This document shows positions 1-9,453 of a stretch of DNA of 64,000 bases, in pieces. Where the stretch lies: NCBI GenBank assembly GCA_944391725.1, contig CALXUQ010000001.1, forward strand, positions 17,345 to 81,344, in the 5' to 3' direction. The stretch is from an uncultured Alphaproteobacteria bacterium. Its GTDB lineage: Bacteria; Pseudomonadota; Alphaproteobacteria; RF32; CAG-239. The position numbers were made by a program, and so were the translations under genes. Numbering within the stretch: the first letter of the stretch is position 1; every line of letters begins with the position of its first letter. Below the pieces are notes generated by a model. That model worked only from the letters and a program-made list of their open reading frames with translations, did no database searches and was not told where the DNA came from.

Positions 1-1264
1 GATACTTGCCCCCGGATTCGCCGATGACCCCGGCAAATTAGAGCTCACCACCACTTTGTCGCGCATTACTTTTCCGTTTTTGCTGTTTATCTCCATTGTA
101 TCATTTCAATCGGGCATCTTAAATTCGCTGGGCAAGTTTGCCGCTCCGGCCGCCGCCCCCGTAATTTTGAATTTGATGATGATTTTGTCGGTATTTATCT
201 TTGTGCCCTTAAGTTTTAGTCCGGCCGAAGGAATTTCTTGGAGTGTTACTTTTGCCGGTTTTGTAGAAATTTTGGTTTTACGCTGGTTTTTACACCGCCA
301 AGATGTGCGCATCAGTCCCTTTTATAACATCAGAAAATTGCTCAAGGATTCGGAAATCATCACCTTGTTCAAGCGCATTGCCCCAGGAGTTTTGGGCGCC
401 GGCATCTACCAGATTAATATGGCCGTAGATTTGGTTTTGGTTTCCTTGGTCGGTAACGGAGCCATATCTTGGTTATATTATGCCAATCGCCTGCAACAAT
501 TGCCCTTAGGGGTAGTCGGAGCCGCTATTAGTGTTGCCCTGCTGCCGATTCTATCCGCAGCATTAAAATCCGAAAAAATCGCCGAAGCCCGCGCCACTCA
601 AGATAAAGCCATTGAGTATGGTGCATTGCTGTCTTTTCCGGCCGCGATTGCTCTGATTGTTTTGGCCGAACCGATTGTTAACATCTTATTCCAACATGGC
701 AAATTCACCGCCACCGACACTTTGCAAACCGCCTCTGCCGTCATTGCCTATTCGGTTGGTTTACCGGTATATGTATTGGTCAAAGCCCTATCGCCCAACT
801 TTTTTGCCCGCGGTGATACTAAAACTCCGGTCAAATACAGCATTGTGGTCTTTACCTGTAATATTATATTTATTCTGATTTTGATGCAATTTTTCGGACA
901 TTTGGGTGTCGCCTATGCCACCACCCTAGCCGCCTTTGTATCTTTCTGGCAATATAAGCGCGGCCTCCAAAAACGCGGCTATTGGGAATTTTCCGGCGCG
1001 CTCATTCGCAAACTCCTCAAAATCGGATTAGCCTCGATTCTCATGGGAGCCACACTCATACTGGCACAATACTTGCTCGATTTATATTTTGAAACTTGGC
1101 TCACACTCAGTTTTGGCATAAAAATCCCCATTTTGGGTGTACTGTGCGGATTCGGTGTTGCAAGTTTCTGCATATTGGCTAAAATAACCGGAGCAATGGA
1201 TATTTCTGAATTAATTCGGCTATTGCTCAACAAAGGAAAGAAAGATGTCCCCACAAAAGCTTAA
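1..1264 (+). CDS. murJ: Lipid II flippase MurJ/MviN, 5' end cut by window edge
   Basis: Frame is open from nt 2 (ILAPGFADDPGKLELTTTLSRITFPFLLF...), so listed ORF 56..1264 is only the part after an internal TTG. Polytopic membrane protein resembling the MurJ C-terminal half. Confidence 0.85.
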   Translation, partial: ILAPGFADDPGKLELTTTLSRITFPFLLFISIVSFQSGILNSLGKFAAPAAAPVILNLMMILSVFIFVPLSFSPAEGISWSVTFAGFVEILVLRWFLHRQDVRISPFYNIRKLLKDSEIITLFKRIAPGVLGAGIYQINMAVDLVLVSLVGNGAISWLYYANRLQQLPLGVVGAAISVALLPILSAALKSEKIAEARATQDKAIEYGALLSFPAAIALIVLAEPIVNILFQHGKFTATDTLQTASAVIAYSVGLPVYVLVKALSPNFFARGDTKTPVKYSIVVFTCNIIFILILMQFFGHLGVAYATTLAAFVSFWQYKRGLQKRGYWEFSGALIRKLLKIGLASILMGATLILAQYLLDLYFETWLTLSFGIKIPILGVLCGFGVASFCILAKITGAMDISELIRLLLNKGKKDVPTKA

Positions 1265-2282
1265 ACAAGCCCTGATTAAGATTAAAGACACTCTGCACGG
1301 CTGGTCGCAAAAGTTATCCTGGCGTCCGCTGAGAGTAGTTTTGGAGTTGTTTGGCTCTTGGTGGCAAATGATAGCTATCGCCTTGGCAGCGCTTATCTTT
1401 TTATATTATCCCTTAGGCGGCTGGCTGGTTGAAGACATTGATACCGACACCGGAGTAGAGATTTCTCCTGCCAACGAGAGCCAATCTGCCACTGCTGAGA
1501 TGATGTCATATCTGATTCGCCGTGAAGTTAATGACAAGATTTGGACACCTAATTTGCCGTTTTTCTTTCCCTCCTATTTCTTAGATAATATGCCCAACTT
1601 CCAACTAGGCTTGATGTCAGGTGTTTCATCTTTGTCCGGCTCAATGGCAAAAAAATTAGAAAAAAACATCTCATCTCCGGAAGATAATTACCTTCACCAA
1701 GCTGCCGAATTTTTAGAATATCCGGGCACCATCTGGATGTTTTCTCCGCAAAGCAAACTCGTTCCGGTACCATCCGCTCATAGCCAATACCGCAAAGCCC
1801 GCAAACAGCTCATCAAATACAATCAAACACTCAATGACGGAAGTTCGGTTTTCTACCGCAATCCTAAAGATTTAGCTTACTTCCTGCACCGCATGAAAAT
1901 TCAGCTTGGCAAGACTACACGCCAATTAGAAGCTCAGATTCGCGAAGAAAGTTCTTCCTGGTTTGACAACCAAGCCGACAACCTCTTTTACCAAGCACGC
2001 GGTTTGGCTTATGCCGACTATATGTTGCTCAAAGCACTAGGCTTTGACTATAAGCAAATTTTGGTAGACACCAACACCTATTCAGACTGGACCATATTGC
2101 TCAAAACCCTTGAGAGTGCCGCTCAGCTTGCCCCCACAATCGTCCGCAACGGCGAAGCTGACAGTCTGACTGCGCCCAATCATTTAACCAACATTGGTTT
2201 TTATCTTTACAAAGCGCAAATTATATTGCAAAAAATTTCTCAACAATTAGAAAAACATTCTCCGCTTAAGGATTCGCAATGA
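1245..2282 (+). CDS. Hypothetical membrane-anchored protein, possibly DUF2333 family
   Basis: 345-aa ORF. ATG is preceded by AAAGGAAAGAAAG. One N-terminal TM segment (WWQMIAIALAALIFLYYPLGGWLV). Overlaps murJ end by 20 nt and the next gene by ATGA. Family name recalled from memory only. Confidence 0.6.
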   Translation: MSPQKLKQALIKIKDTLHGWSQKLSWRPLRVVLELFGSWWQMIAIALAALIFLYYPLGGWLVEDIDTDTGVEISPANESQSATAEMMSYLIRREVNDKIWTPNLPFFFPSYFLDNMPNFQLGLMSGVSSLSGSMAKKLEKNISSPEDNYLHQAAEFLEYPGTIWMFSPQSKLVPVPSAHSQYRKARKQLIKYNQTLNDGSSVFYRNPKDLAYFLHRMKIQLGKTTRQLEAQIREESSSWFDNQADNLFYQARGLAYADYMLLKALGFDYKQILVDTNTYSDWTILLKTLESAAQLAPTIVRNGEADSLTAPNHLTNIGFYLYKAQIILQKISQQLEKHSPLKDSQ

Positions 2283-2836
2283 TAATAGAAACTCAAGATA
2301 CTCCCGATACCAATGTTGTAAATTTTTTCCCTTCCGAAAAGATGATGAAATCCGGCAGTGCCGAATTTGCCGATGCCAAATCTCTGCGCAAATCGCCCTT
2401 AGCTGAAAAAATTTTTGATATTGGGGGCATTGTTTCGGTTTTTATCACTCCGGATATGGTCTCGGTGACCAAAGAAGATTCGGCTGACTGGTCCGAACTC
2501 AAGCCGCAAATTTTAGCCGAGATTATGGATTATCTAAGCTTAGGTGACACTGCGGTAATACCAGATAACATTTCCCCCGATGAAGAAGATGTCATAAAAC
2601 AAATTTTAGGGCTGATAAACGCCCGCATCCGTCCGGCCTTAAAACAAGACGGGGGCGACATTCGCTTTGTGAAATTTGACAACGGAATTGTTTATGTTGA
2701 ACTCCAAGGCAACTGTTCGGGCTGTCCATACGCTACCGTAACCCTCAAAGAAGGGGTTGAAAAAATCTTGACCACCTACATTCCCGAGGTCAAAGGAGTA
2801 AAAAACTGTAAACCAGGTGAGGCTCCGCAAGCATGA
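2279..2836 (+). CDS. NifU/Nfu-type Fe-S cluster scaffold protein (Nfu_N plus NifU C-terminal domain)
   Basis: 185 aa with the CSGCPYATVTLKEGVEKIL motif (CxxC of the NifU C-terminal domain) and an Nfu N-terminal-like half. ATGA overlaps on both sides. Confidence 0.85.
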   Translation: MIIETQDTPDTNVVNFFPSEKMMKSGSAEFADAKSLRKSPLAEKIFDIGGIVSVFITPDMVSVTKEDSADWSELKPQILAEIMDYLSLGDTAVIPDNISPDEEDVIKQILGLINARIRPALKQDGGDIRFVKFDNGIVYVELQGNCSGCPYATVTLKEGVEKILTTYIPEVKGVKNCKPGEAPQA

Positions 2837-3792
2837 GAAAAATTTGCCTTTCAGCGTTAGGAATCCTCATTGGCAGCTTGATGTCATTTTCCGCCTCAAG
2901 CCAACCGCTCACCTTCCTCACGCTCAAAGACACCACCGTAAAAGAGCTGCAAGCAATATACAATAAATATGGCTATTCTCATTATCTAATTGTTAAAGAT
3001 GCAAAGGTTCCCCCGATTTTTTTGGAGCATTTCCCTCAAGATTTCGATAAACTACCCGCCTCAGATGAGCGCAACGAACTATTTATAAGGATTGTCACTC
3101 CGCTGGCCTTAAAATTAAACCAAGAAATTATGTCCGAACGGGGACAAATGCTTGAGCTCGAAAAAAAATATCAGGCTCAAAAATCCTTGAGCCCAGAAGA
3201 AGAACAAGCTCTTGAAGCTTTAGCCAATAAATATGATGTTTTCACTCGTCTAAAAGGAGAAGAGCGGATTAAGCTGTATTTCAATCAGCTCAAAATCAAA
3301 ATCAATCAGGTATATCCATCCTTTTTAATTTCGATTGCCGCAGTTGAAACTGACTGGGGTTCATCGCGCATTGTTAAAGAAGCCAATTCATTGTATAAGG
3401 AGCTGGTCTGGCACACCCCCGAAGGCCTAACTCCTCAGGGAGAAGACGAGGATCACACTTACAAGATTCGCATTTTTCCCAATTTGTATGAATCCATGAA
3501 ATCCTATGCTTTGAAATTCAACTCCGACATCTCATACGAACACGCACGTTTTTTGCGTGATTTACGCTACCGTAGCCAGATGGTTCCCTCCGGCAAAGGC
3601 GTAGTTCATGCCATGTTATTTCAAACCCCCTTAAAAAACTATATCGGGCTCTTAGATTATACCATAACCTTTTACCAACTAATGTTGCTTGACCAAGCCA
3701 CATTAGCCACTCGATTAGAACCAAATTCGGAAATTTTAGCTCACTCCCAAGAAAATATCGCTAAAATTACACCCAAACCACCCAAACGGTAA
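2833..3792 (+). CDS. Secreted Bax-like protein with glucosaminidase (FlgJ-type) domain
   Basis: Signal peptide MRKICLSALGILIGSLMSFSASS. Motif ISIAAVETDWGSSRIVKEANSLYKE resembles the N-acetylglucosaminidase domain of Bax/FlgJ proteins. Confidence 0.65.
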   Translation: MRKICLSALGILIGSLMSFSASSQPLTFLTLKDTTVKELQAIYNKYGYSHYLIVKDAKVPPIFLEHFPQDFDKLPASDERNELFIRIVTPLALKLNQEIMSERGQMLELEKKYQAQKSLSPEEEQALEALANKYDVFTRLKGEERIKLYFNQLKIKINQVYPSFLISIAAVETDWGSSRIVKEANSLYKELVWHTPEGLTPQGEDEDHTYKIRIFPNLYESMKSYALKFNSDISYEHARFLRDLRYRSQMVPSGKGVVHAMLFQTPLKNYIGLLDYTITFYQLMLLDQATLATRLEPNSEILAHSQENIAKITPKPPKR

Positions 3793-3863
3793 CAAAAATT
3801 TAATTAGTTTTTTGTACCAATAATAGGATATAATAATAATTGACACCGTTAACGGAAGAAAGC

Positions 3864-4967
3864 ATGAATACGACCTTAAACACTGAAGACATCAAAGCAC
3901 TATCTGAAAATCTGTGCGCCGAAACCAAAAGTGACACGGTTCAAAAAATCAGTGCTTATTATAACGGCAACGGCCTTACCCCCAAAGGGATTAAGTTAGC
4001 CGAAGATATTTTTCGCATTTTAGCACACGACGTTGAAGTTCAAGTTCGTGAAATTTTATCTGAGAGCTTAAAAAACGCTCACAACATTCCAAAAGACATT
4101 GTCGAAAGTCTGATTAATGACCAAGATAGTGTTGCCGTACCTTTCATCAAATGCTATGAAAGTTTCAGCAAAGAAGATTTATTACGGATTTTAGAGCTCC
4201 CCAACATCAACAAACAAAAAGCAGTTGCCCAACGTCAAAACCTGTCTGAAGACATCTCGCAATACATTGTGGAGCGCTGCCCTGAAGAAGTTGTCGGCGC
4301 TTTAATTTTAAATGATAGTGCCAACATAGTTGACAAGACTTATGATGAAATTGTCACCAAATATGGCAATAGCGATAACATCCAAACCTGCTTGGTTTAC
4401 CGTCAAGAATTGCCCATTGCCGTAATTGAAAAGATTGTCAATTCTCTGTCTGAAGAACTCAAGAAACGCCTAATAATCAACCACAATCTACCCAACGACT
4501 TAGCCAGTGACATTGTCGAACAGGTAAAGGAGAAAGCCACCTTGAAAATTTCTGCCGAATATAGCTCCGACCAACAAATCGAACAATTAGTACATCAATT
4601 ATATTCTGCAAACCGACTCACTCCCACTTTGGTTGTGCGCGCCATTTGTTTAGGCGATTTAAAGTTTTTTGAATATGCCTTGGTATATTTATCCAACACG
4701 CCGATAACAGAAGTTCGCAAAATTTTGTTCAGCAACTCGATGGACTTCATGGTTAGGAACCTGTTACGCAAAGCTTATATTCCCAAATCAATGTTTCCGG
4801 CCGTTTTCAGCGCCTTGAAAGTGTTGCAGGAAATTCGCTTTGATGTTCAGCAAAAAGACCGCGAAAGTTTTTCACATCGCGTTATTGAACGGATTTTGTC
4901 TTTTGGCAGTGCCGGCGATGAGTTCAAAGATGAAGATGTCAAATATCTTGTCTCCAAAATAAGCTAG
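3864..4967 (+). CDS. DUF2336-like helical repeat protein
   Basis: ORF 3840..4967 starts at TTG. The in-frame ATG at 3864 follows GGAAGAAAG. HEAT-like helical repeats (VQVREILSESLKNAHNIPKDIVESLINDQDSVAVPFI), typical of alphaproteobacterial DUF2336. Confidence 0.6.
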   Translation: MNTTLNTEDIKALSENLCAETKSDTVQKISAYYNGNGLTPKGIKLAEDIFRILAHDVEVQVREILSESLKNAHNIPKDIVESLINDQDSVAVPFIKCYESFSKEDLLRILELPNINKQKAVAQRQNLSEDISQYIVERCPEEVVGALILNDSANIVDKTYDEIVTKYGNSDNIQTCLVYRQELPIAVIEKIVNSLSEELKKRLIINHNLPNDLASDIVEQVKEKATLKISAEYSSDQQIEQLVHQLYSANRLTPTLVVRAICLGDLKFFEYALVYLSNTPITEVRKILFSNSMDFMVRNLLRKAYIPKSMFPAVFSALKVLQEIRFDVQQKDRESFSHRVIERILSFGSAGDEFKDEDVKYLVSKIS

Positions 4968-4975
4968 GACAAATA

Positions 4976-6655
4976 ATGAATTACGAAAACGACATAACCG
5001 CTGAGGAGCTTTTTCAACTAACCGATGCCCTTTCCCAAGAAAGCGACACCCTCCAAATCATTGACAAGACCATGCAATTAGCGCAACTTGCCTGCAATGC
5101 CGACGGTGTCAGCTATTACACCATTAGCGATGACAATTTCTTGCGTTTGGTATATTCGCACAGCCGCAGTTTAAAGATACACAAACTAGGCTCCGACAAC
5201 AAATATTACACCATTCCGACCTATTTGCCCGACCAAAAAAAAGTTAATCCCAAAACCATTATTGTCACCAGCGCCTTAAACCAAGAGGTAATCAATACCC
5301 CCAATATTTATGCCACTGAGTATGACAATGATGTCTATCTCAAATGGGACGAAGACTTACGTTACAAGACCGTCTCCATGTTAGTCATTCCGATTTTCAA
5401 CTACAAACATCGGATTATCGGCATTGCTCAGTTTATTAATGCCTTAGACATTAACGGCCGCACCATCAGTTTCACCACCAAAGCCCAGGAAAAAGCTCAG
5501 TCAGTTTGTTCTCTGATGGTTCCCTATTTAGAAAATCACAAATTAAGCGAGGACTATGACCAGCTTTTAGAATCCTTCATTGAGGTTTTAGCCCGTGCCA
5601 TTGACGCCAAATCACCTTATACCGGCTCGCATTGTCAAAGAGTTCCGGTCATTGCGCGCATGCTGGCAACTGCTGCCGTTCAGCAAGACCATGGCCCGCT
5701 CAAAAATTTTGAAATGAGCGAAGACGATTGGTACGCACTTAACATTGCCTCTTGGTTACATGACTGTGGTAAAGTCACCACACCGGAATATATTGTTGAT
5801 AAGGCAACCAAGCTGGAAACCATCAACAACCGCATACACGAAATTCGCAATCGTTTTGAAATTTTGCGTCGCGAAGCTCATATTGATTACCTCAAAAAGC
5901 GGCTTAAAAATACTGATACGCAAGAAAAATTGCAAACCGAATTTATCAATAAAGTGCATCAGCTGGAAGATGACTTTGACTTTGTGGCCAATTGCAACAT
6001 CGGCGACACTCCGCTCACCGACAAAGACGTTGCCCGCCTTCAACAAATTGCCCAAATCAAATTCATACGTTATTTCAACCGGATGAAAGGGCTTTCGTGG
6101 GCCGAAAGAGATGCCATTAAAGATGTAGAACTTTTCTCACATCCCAGCTATGAAAATCTGATTCAAAACCGCGATGACCAGGTCAACGCACCTTTCAATC
6201 GGGGCGAACTCTACAATCTGACCATCCGCAGCGGCACTATTAATAAGAAAGAGCGTGAAAAAATTAATGAGCATATCGTAGTAACGATTGATATGTTAAA
6301 GGCACTGCCTTTCCCCAAAGAGCTTTCCAATGTGGTCGAATATGCCGGAGCCCACCACGAGCGGATTGACGGACACGGCTATCCTAACGGTCTGACCGGA
6401 GAGCAGATGTCAATCCCGGCCAAGATAATGGCCATTGCTGATATTTTCGAGGCCCTAACCGCCAACGACCGGCCATATAAAGAGCCCAAAAAACTCTCGA
6501 CCGTCTTGTCGATTATGCAACATATGAAAAACTCCGGCCACATTGATCCGGACTTATATGAAGTGTTCATCAAAAACAAAGTATATGAAGAATATGCTTC
6601 ACAGTACATTTCACCCGAGCAAATCGACGAGATTAAACCGGAGGATTATTTATAA
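4976..6655 (+). CDS. GAF-like sensor plus HD-GYP domain phosphodiesterase (cyclic di-GMP type)
   Basis: HD motif WLHDCGKVTTPEYIVDK and HHERIDGHGYPNGL (the GYP signature). N-terminal ~190 aa look GAF-like. Confidence 0.85.
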   Translation: MNYENDITAEELFQLTDALSQESDTLQIIDKTMQLAQLACNADGVSYYTISDDNFLRLVYSHSRSLKIHKLGSDNKYYTIPTYLPDQKKVNPKTIIVTSALNQEVINTPNIYATEYDNDVYLKWDEDLRYKTVSMLVIPIFNYKHRIIGIAQFINALDINGRTISFTTKAQEKAQSVCSLMVPYLENHKLSEDYDQLLESFIEVLARAIDAKSPYTGSHCQRVPVIARMLATAAVQQDHGPLKNFEMSEDDWYALNIASWLHDCGKVTTPEYIVDKATKLETINNRIHEIRNRFEILRREAHIDYLKKRLKNTDTQEKLQTEFINKVHQLEDDFDFVANCNIGDTPLTDKDVARLQQIAQIKFIRYFNRMKGLSWAERDAIKDVELFSHPSYENLIQNRDDQVNAPFNRGELYNLTIRSGTINKKEREKINEHIVVTIDMLKALPFPKELSNVVEYAGAHHERIDGHGYPNGLTGEQMSIPAKIMAIADIFEALTANDRPYKEPKKLSTVLSIMQHMKNSGHIDPDLYEVFIKNKVYEEYASQYISPEQIDEIKPEDYL

Positions 6656-7368
6656 TGCTAAAGATATATCCGGTCTTGTGCCGCGCCGGCAATATGGATA
6701 ACTATGCTTATATTTTGCAAGATGAAAAAAGCGGAATTTCTGCGGTTATTGACCCCTCGGAACCCGAACCGATAATCCAAAAATTGCAAGAGTTAAAGCT
6801 AGAGCCGAGTTACATTCTCAATACCCACCACCATTTTGACCATACAGACGGCAATTTAGCCCTTAAGCAAAGATATGGAGCCAAAGTTGTCGCCAATATT
6901 AACGATTCGTCACGGATACCCGGTTTTGATATCGGGGTCACCCCGGGAGAAGATTTTAGCTTAGGAGAGAGCCGGGCCGAAATTATTGATGTATCGGCAC
7001 ACACACAAGGGCATATCTTATGGTATTTTCCCAAAGATAAAGCTGTTTTCACCGGCGACACATTGTTTAATTTATGTGTAGGCGGTTTGTTTGAGGGGAC
7101 TGCTGAGGAAATGTATGCAGCCCTAAGCAAGATAAAATCCCTGCCAGATGATGTGGAGTTTTACCCCGGACACGAATATACCTTAGGCGGCGCCGATTTT
7201 GCCAATTATGTCAATAACGACAATGAAGATATTCAAAAATACCTGCACCGAGCCGTGGAACGGCTCAATGCCGGACAGCCGGTATGCCCCGTAACACTTG
7301 GGGTTGAGAAGAAATGCAACCCCTACCTTAAGGCCAATTCATTGAGCGAATTAAAAAGACTATTTTAA
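6655..7368 (+). CDS. gloB: Hydroxyacylglutathione hydrolase (glyoxalase II)
   Basis: Metallo-beta-lactamase motif THHHFDHTDGN. The C-terminal NPYL motif is typical of GloB. TAATG overlap with the upstream gene. Confidence 0.9.
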   Translation: MLKIYPVLCRAGNMDNYAYILQDEKSGISAVIDPSEPEPIIQKLQELKLEPSYILNTHHHFDHTDGNLALKQRYGAKVVANINDSSRIPGFDIGVTPGEDFSLGESRAEIIDVSAHTQGHILWYFPKDKAVFTGDTLFNLCVGGLFEGTAEEMYAALSKIKSLPDDVEFYPGHEYTLGGADFANYVNNDNEDIQKYLHRAVERLNAGQPVCPVTLGVEKKCNPYLKANSLSELKRLF

Positions 7369-7466
7369 TGACAAAAAATATAGACAAAACTATTTTTTTG
7401 TGTTATATTAACTTTAATATTTAACTAAAACGGATTTTGGTTATGACGGATAAAGGAGAGTTCACT

Positions 7467-8774
7467 ATGGACACCGAGACCACCCAACAACTTACCAAAG
7501 AAGAAGAATTCTATAAAAACAACGCTGAAAAGCTTGGCGGTTTAAATGAGGCACAAAAAAAGCTTGCGTATGAAACATCCCTATTATTCCCAGATTGGGA
7601 AGAAAAATTCGCAGAGAAACTTAAACAACAAGAAGAAACTTCTACTCCAGAGCAAGAAGGAGAGAACGCCAACGGTTCCACCTCAATAGATGAGGGTCAA
7701 GGCAACGCTCCGGAACCATCTTCTAACGCAGTCGAAGAAGAATGGATGACCGACTTGCTCACCAAATATAAAACCGAATACAATATAGACCCCGAAGACG
7801 AGAGTAAGAATAAATACACCATCAACGGCGAACCCAATGATGAAGGATTATTGATTACCATTGAACCCAAAGAAGGACAAGAAGGCCTAACCGGTTCGGC
7901 AGTTCAGTATTATGGTGGAACAGACCATTTTGCCATTCGTACCAGCAAAGACAATGTTGAACCTAAAGACCAGTCTTTTGAACATTTCAAACACCACATT
8001 GCCGTTGCCAAAGAAAACGGTTCCAGCGAAATCACCATGGGCAACACCTCCTCGGCCAAATTCCGCAGCAAATTAGCTGCTGCCGTGTTAGAGACCGAAG
8101 GCATGAGTTTAAGCACGCCGCTCAAAGACAGTGACAGTTTTGACTTTTCTAAAGAAAGCTTGGAAGGCATCAGCCCCGAAACCCAAGGCAAACTCTTAAA
8201 ATTTGCCTTAGAAAATGGTGCCGCCATTGAGAACCCGATTTTAGACTTCAACAACGAAGCAGTCAAAAACCTGCCCGAAGAATTGAAGTATAAATATTTG
8301 GCCAAGTTGTTGCAAAACCCTGAGACCAAAGCCCAGTTACAAAATATACCTACAGTTGAATTTTATGCTAAAGATGAAAATGGCAACAAAATTGAACAAT
8401 CTCGCGAAAACATAACAGTAATTGGCAGCGATGGACAGCCCATAAAAAACGCAGATGGAACTGACCGTACTATTGAAAGCATCACCTATGAACCCAATTC
8501 GGCATTAGAACATTTAAGTAAAGAAGAATTAGCAGTATTACGCACCTCAAATCGTGAACAACAATTAGCTCAACTTAAAGAGCAAACCAACGATGATGGT
8601 AGCAAAAAATACGATTTTCATGACAAAGTTGCTGCTTTGCGCAACCAAATCAAGGGCAAAACCGGAGATGAACGAAAAGACATTATCAATAATGCCAATG
8701 TCAGCGAGCAAACTCATGGTAAAAACTTTGCCGCTTACGCTGACAAGTATCGCAACCCGCAAGGTAGAAGTTAA
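7467..8774 (+). CDS. Acidic hypothetical protein with no recognisable domain
   Basis: ORF 7437..8774. The ATG at 7467 has the best RBS (AAAGGAGAG 8 nt upstream). Glu/Asp/Lys/Asn-rich, with no signal peptide and no TM segment. Followed by its own terminator. Confidence 0.6.
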   Translation: MDTETTQQLTKEEEFYKNNAEKLGGLNEAQKKLAYETSLLFPDWEEKFAEKLKQQEETSTPEQEGENANGSTSIDEGQGNAPEPSSNAVEEEWMTDLLTKYKTEYNIDPEDESKNKYTINGEPNDEGLLITIEPKEGQEGLTGSAVQYYGGTDHFAIRTSKDNVEPKDQSFEHFKHHIAVAKENGSSEITMGNTSSAKFRSKLAAAVLETEGMSLSTPLKDSDSFDFSKESLEGISPETQGKLLKFALENGAAIENPILDFNNEAVKNLPEELKYKYLAKLLQNPETKAQLQNIPTVEFYAKDENGNKIEQSRENITVIGSDGQPIKNADGTDRTIESITYEPNSALEHLSKEELAVLRTSNREQQLAQLKEQTNDDGSKKYDFHDKVAALRNQIKGKTGDERKDIINNANVSEQTHGKNFAAYADKYRNPQGRS

Positions 8775-8782
8775 ATCTAAAA

Positions 8783-8810
8783 ATACCGGCCGCCCAGCCG
8801 GTATTTTTTT
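8783..8810 (+). terminator. Rho-independent terminator
   Basis: ATACCGGC-cgccca-GCCGGTAT followed by TTTTTT. Confidence 0.8.
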
Positions 8811-8888
8811 GCAAACTTCCTGGCAAAAAGCAAAAAAAACTTGCAATTTATAAAAAATATGTTATTAGTAGGGCATAATATTATTGAA

Positions 8889-8914
8889 AGTGGGGTCAAA
8901 AACCCCGCTTTTTT
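8889..8914 (+). terminator. Leader terminator/attenuator upstream of rimP-nusA-infB
   Basis: AGTGGGGT-caaaa-ACCCCGCT (8 bp including one G-T) followed by TTTTTT. It ends 17 nt before the rimP ATG, and the upstream gene already has its own terminator. Confidence 0.6.
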
Positions 8915-8931
8915 GTTAGAAGGAACAAAAT

Positions 8932-9432
8932 ATGCCCCAGATTCACCCTTTGCAAACCTTGCTTGAACCGATAGTTAGTCAACTCGGCTATGAGCTGGTT
9001 CGGGTTATGACCATCGGTCAAAAAAAACCCACTCTGCAAATCATGATAGATAGGTTAGACGGCTCCAACATAACCGTTAATGACTGCGCCACCGTTAGCC
9101 GCGCCGTTTCTGATATCTTAGATGAAAAAGACCCCATTGAAGGGCAATATTCGCTGGAGGTTAGCGCCCCCGGATTAGATCGCCCGCTGACCAAACTGGA
9201 GCACTTCCAGAGATATAACGGCTACGAGGCCAAAATTGAAACCTCCTGCGAGGTTGAGGGCCGCAAACGTTTCAAAGGCAAGCTCTCAGGAGTTGAGAGC
9301 AACGACTTGGTTCATATCAATATGAACGACCAAGACTACGCCATTCCCTTTGCCGATATCAACAAGGCAAAACTGGTCATTACCGATGAGCTCTTAGCCG
9401 CTGCGGCTGAAGCTCAAGAAATTGAACTTTAA
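8932..9432 (+). CDS. rimP: Ribosome maturation factor RimP
   Basis: 166 aa in the conserved position upstream of nusA, with a RimP-like sequence (LEVSAPGLDRPL). Confidence 0.9.
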   Translation: MPQIHPLQTLLEPIVSQLGYELVRVMTIGQKKPTLQIMIDRLDGSNITVNDCATVSRAVSDILDEKDPIEGQYSLEVSAPGLDRPLTKLEHFQRYNGYEAKIETSCEVEGRKRFKGKLSGVESNDLVHINMNDQDYAIPFADINKAKLVITDELLAAAAEAQEIEL

Positions 9433-9453
9433 AAACACATTTGAGAGGAAAAA

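Noticed and set aside
56-1264. Taking nt 56 as the true murJ start
   Set aside because: The frame is open to the window edge and the upstream residues (ILAPGFADDPGKLEL) continue a MurJ-like sequence, so the gene is truncated by the window.
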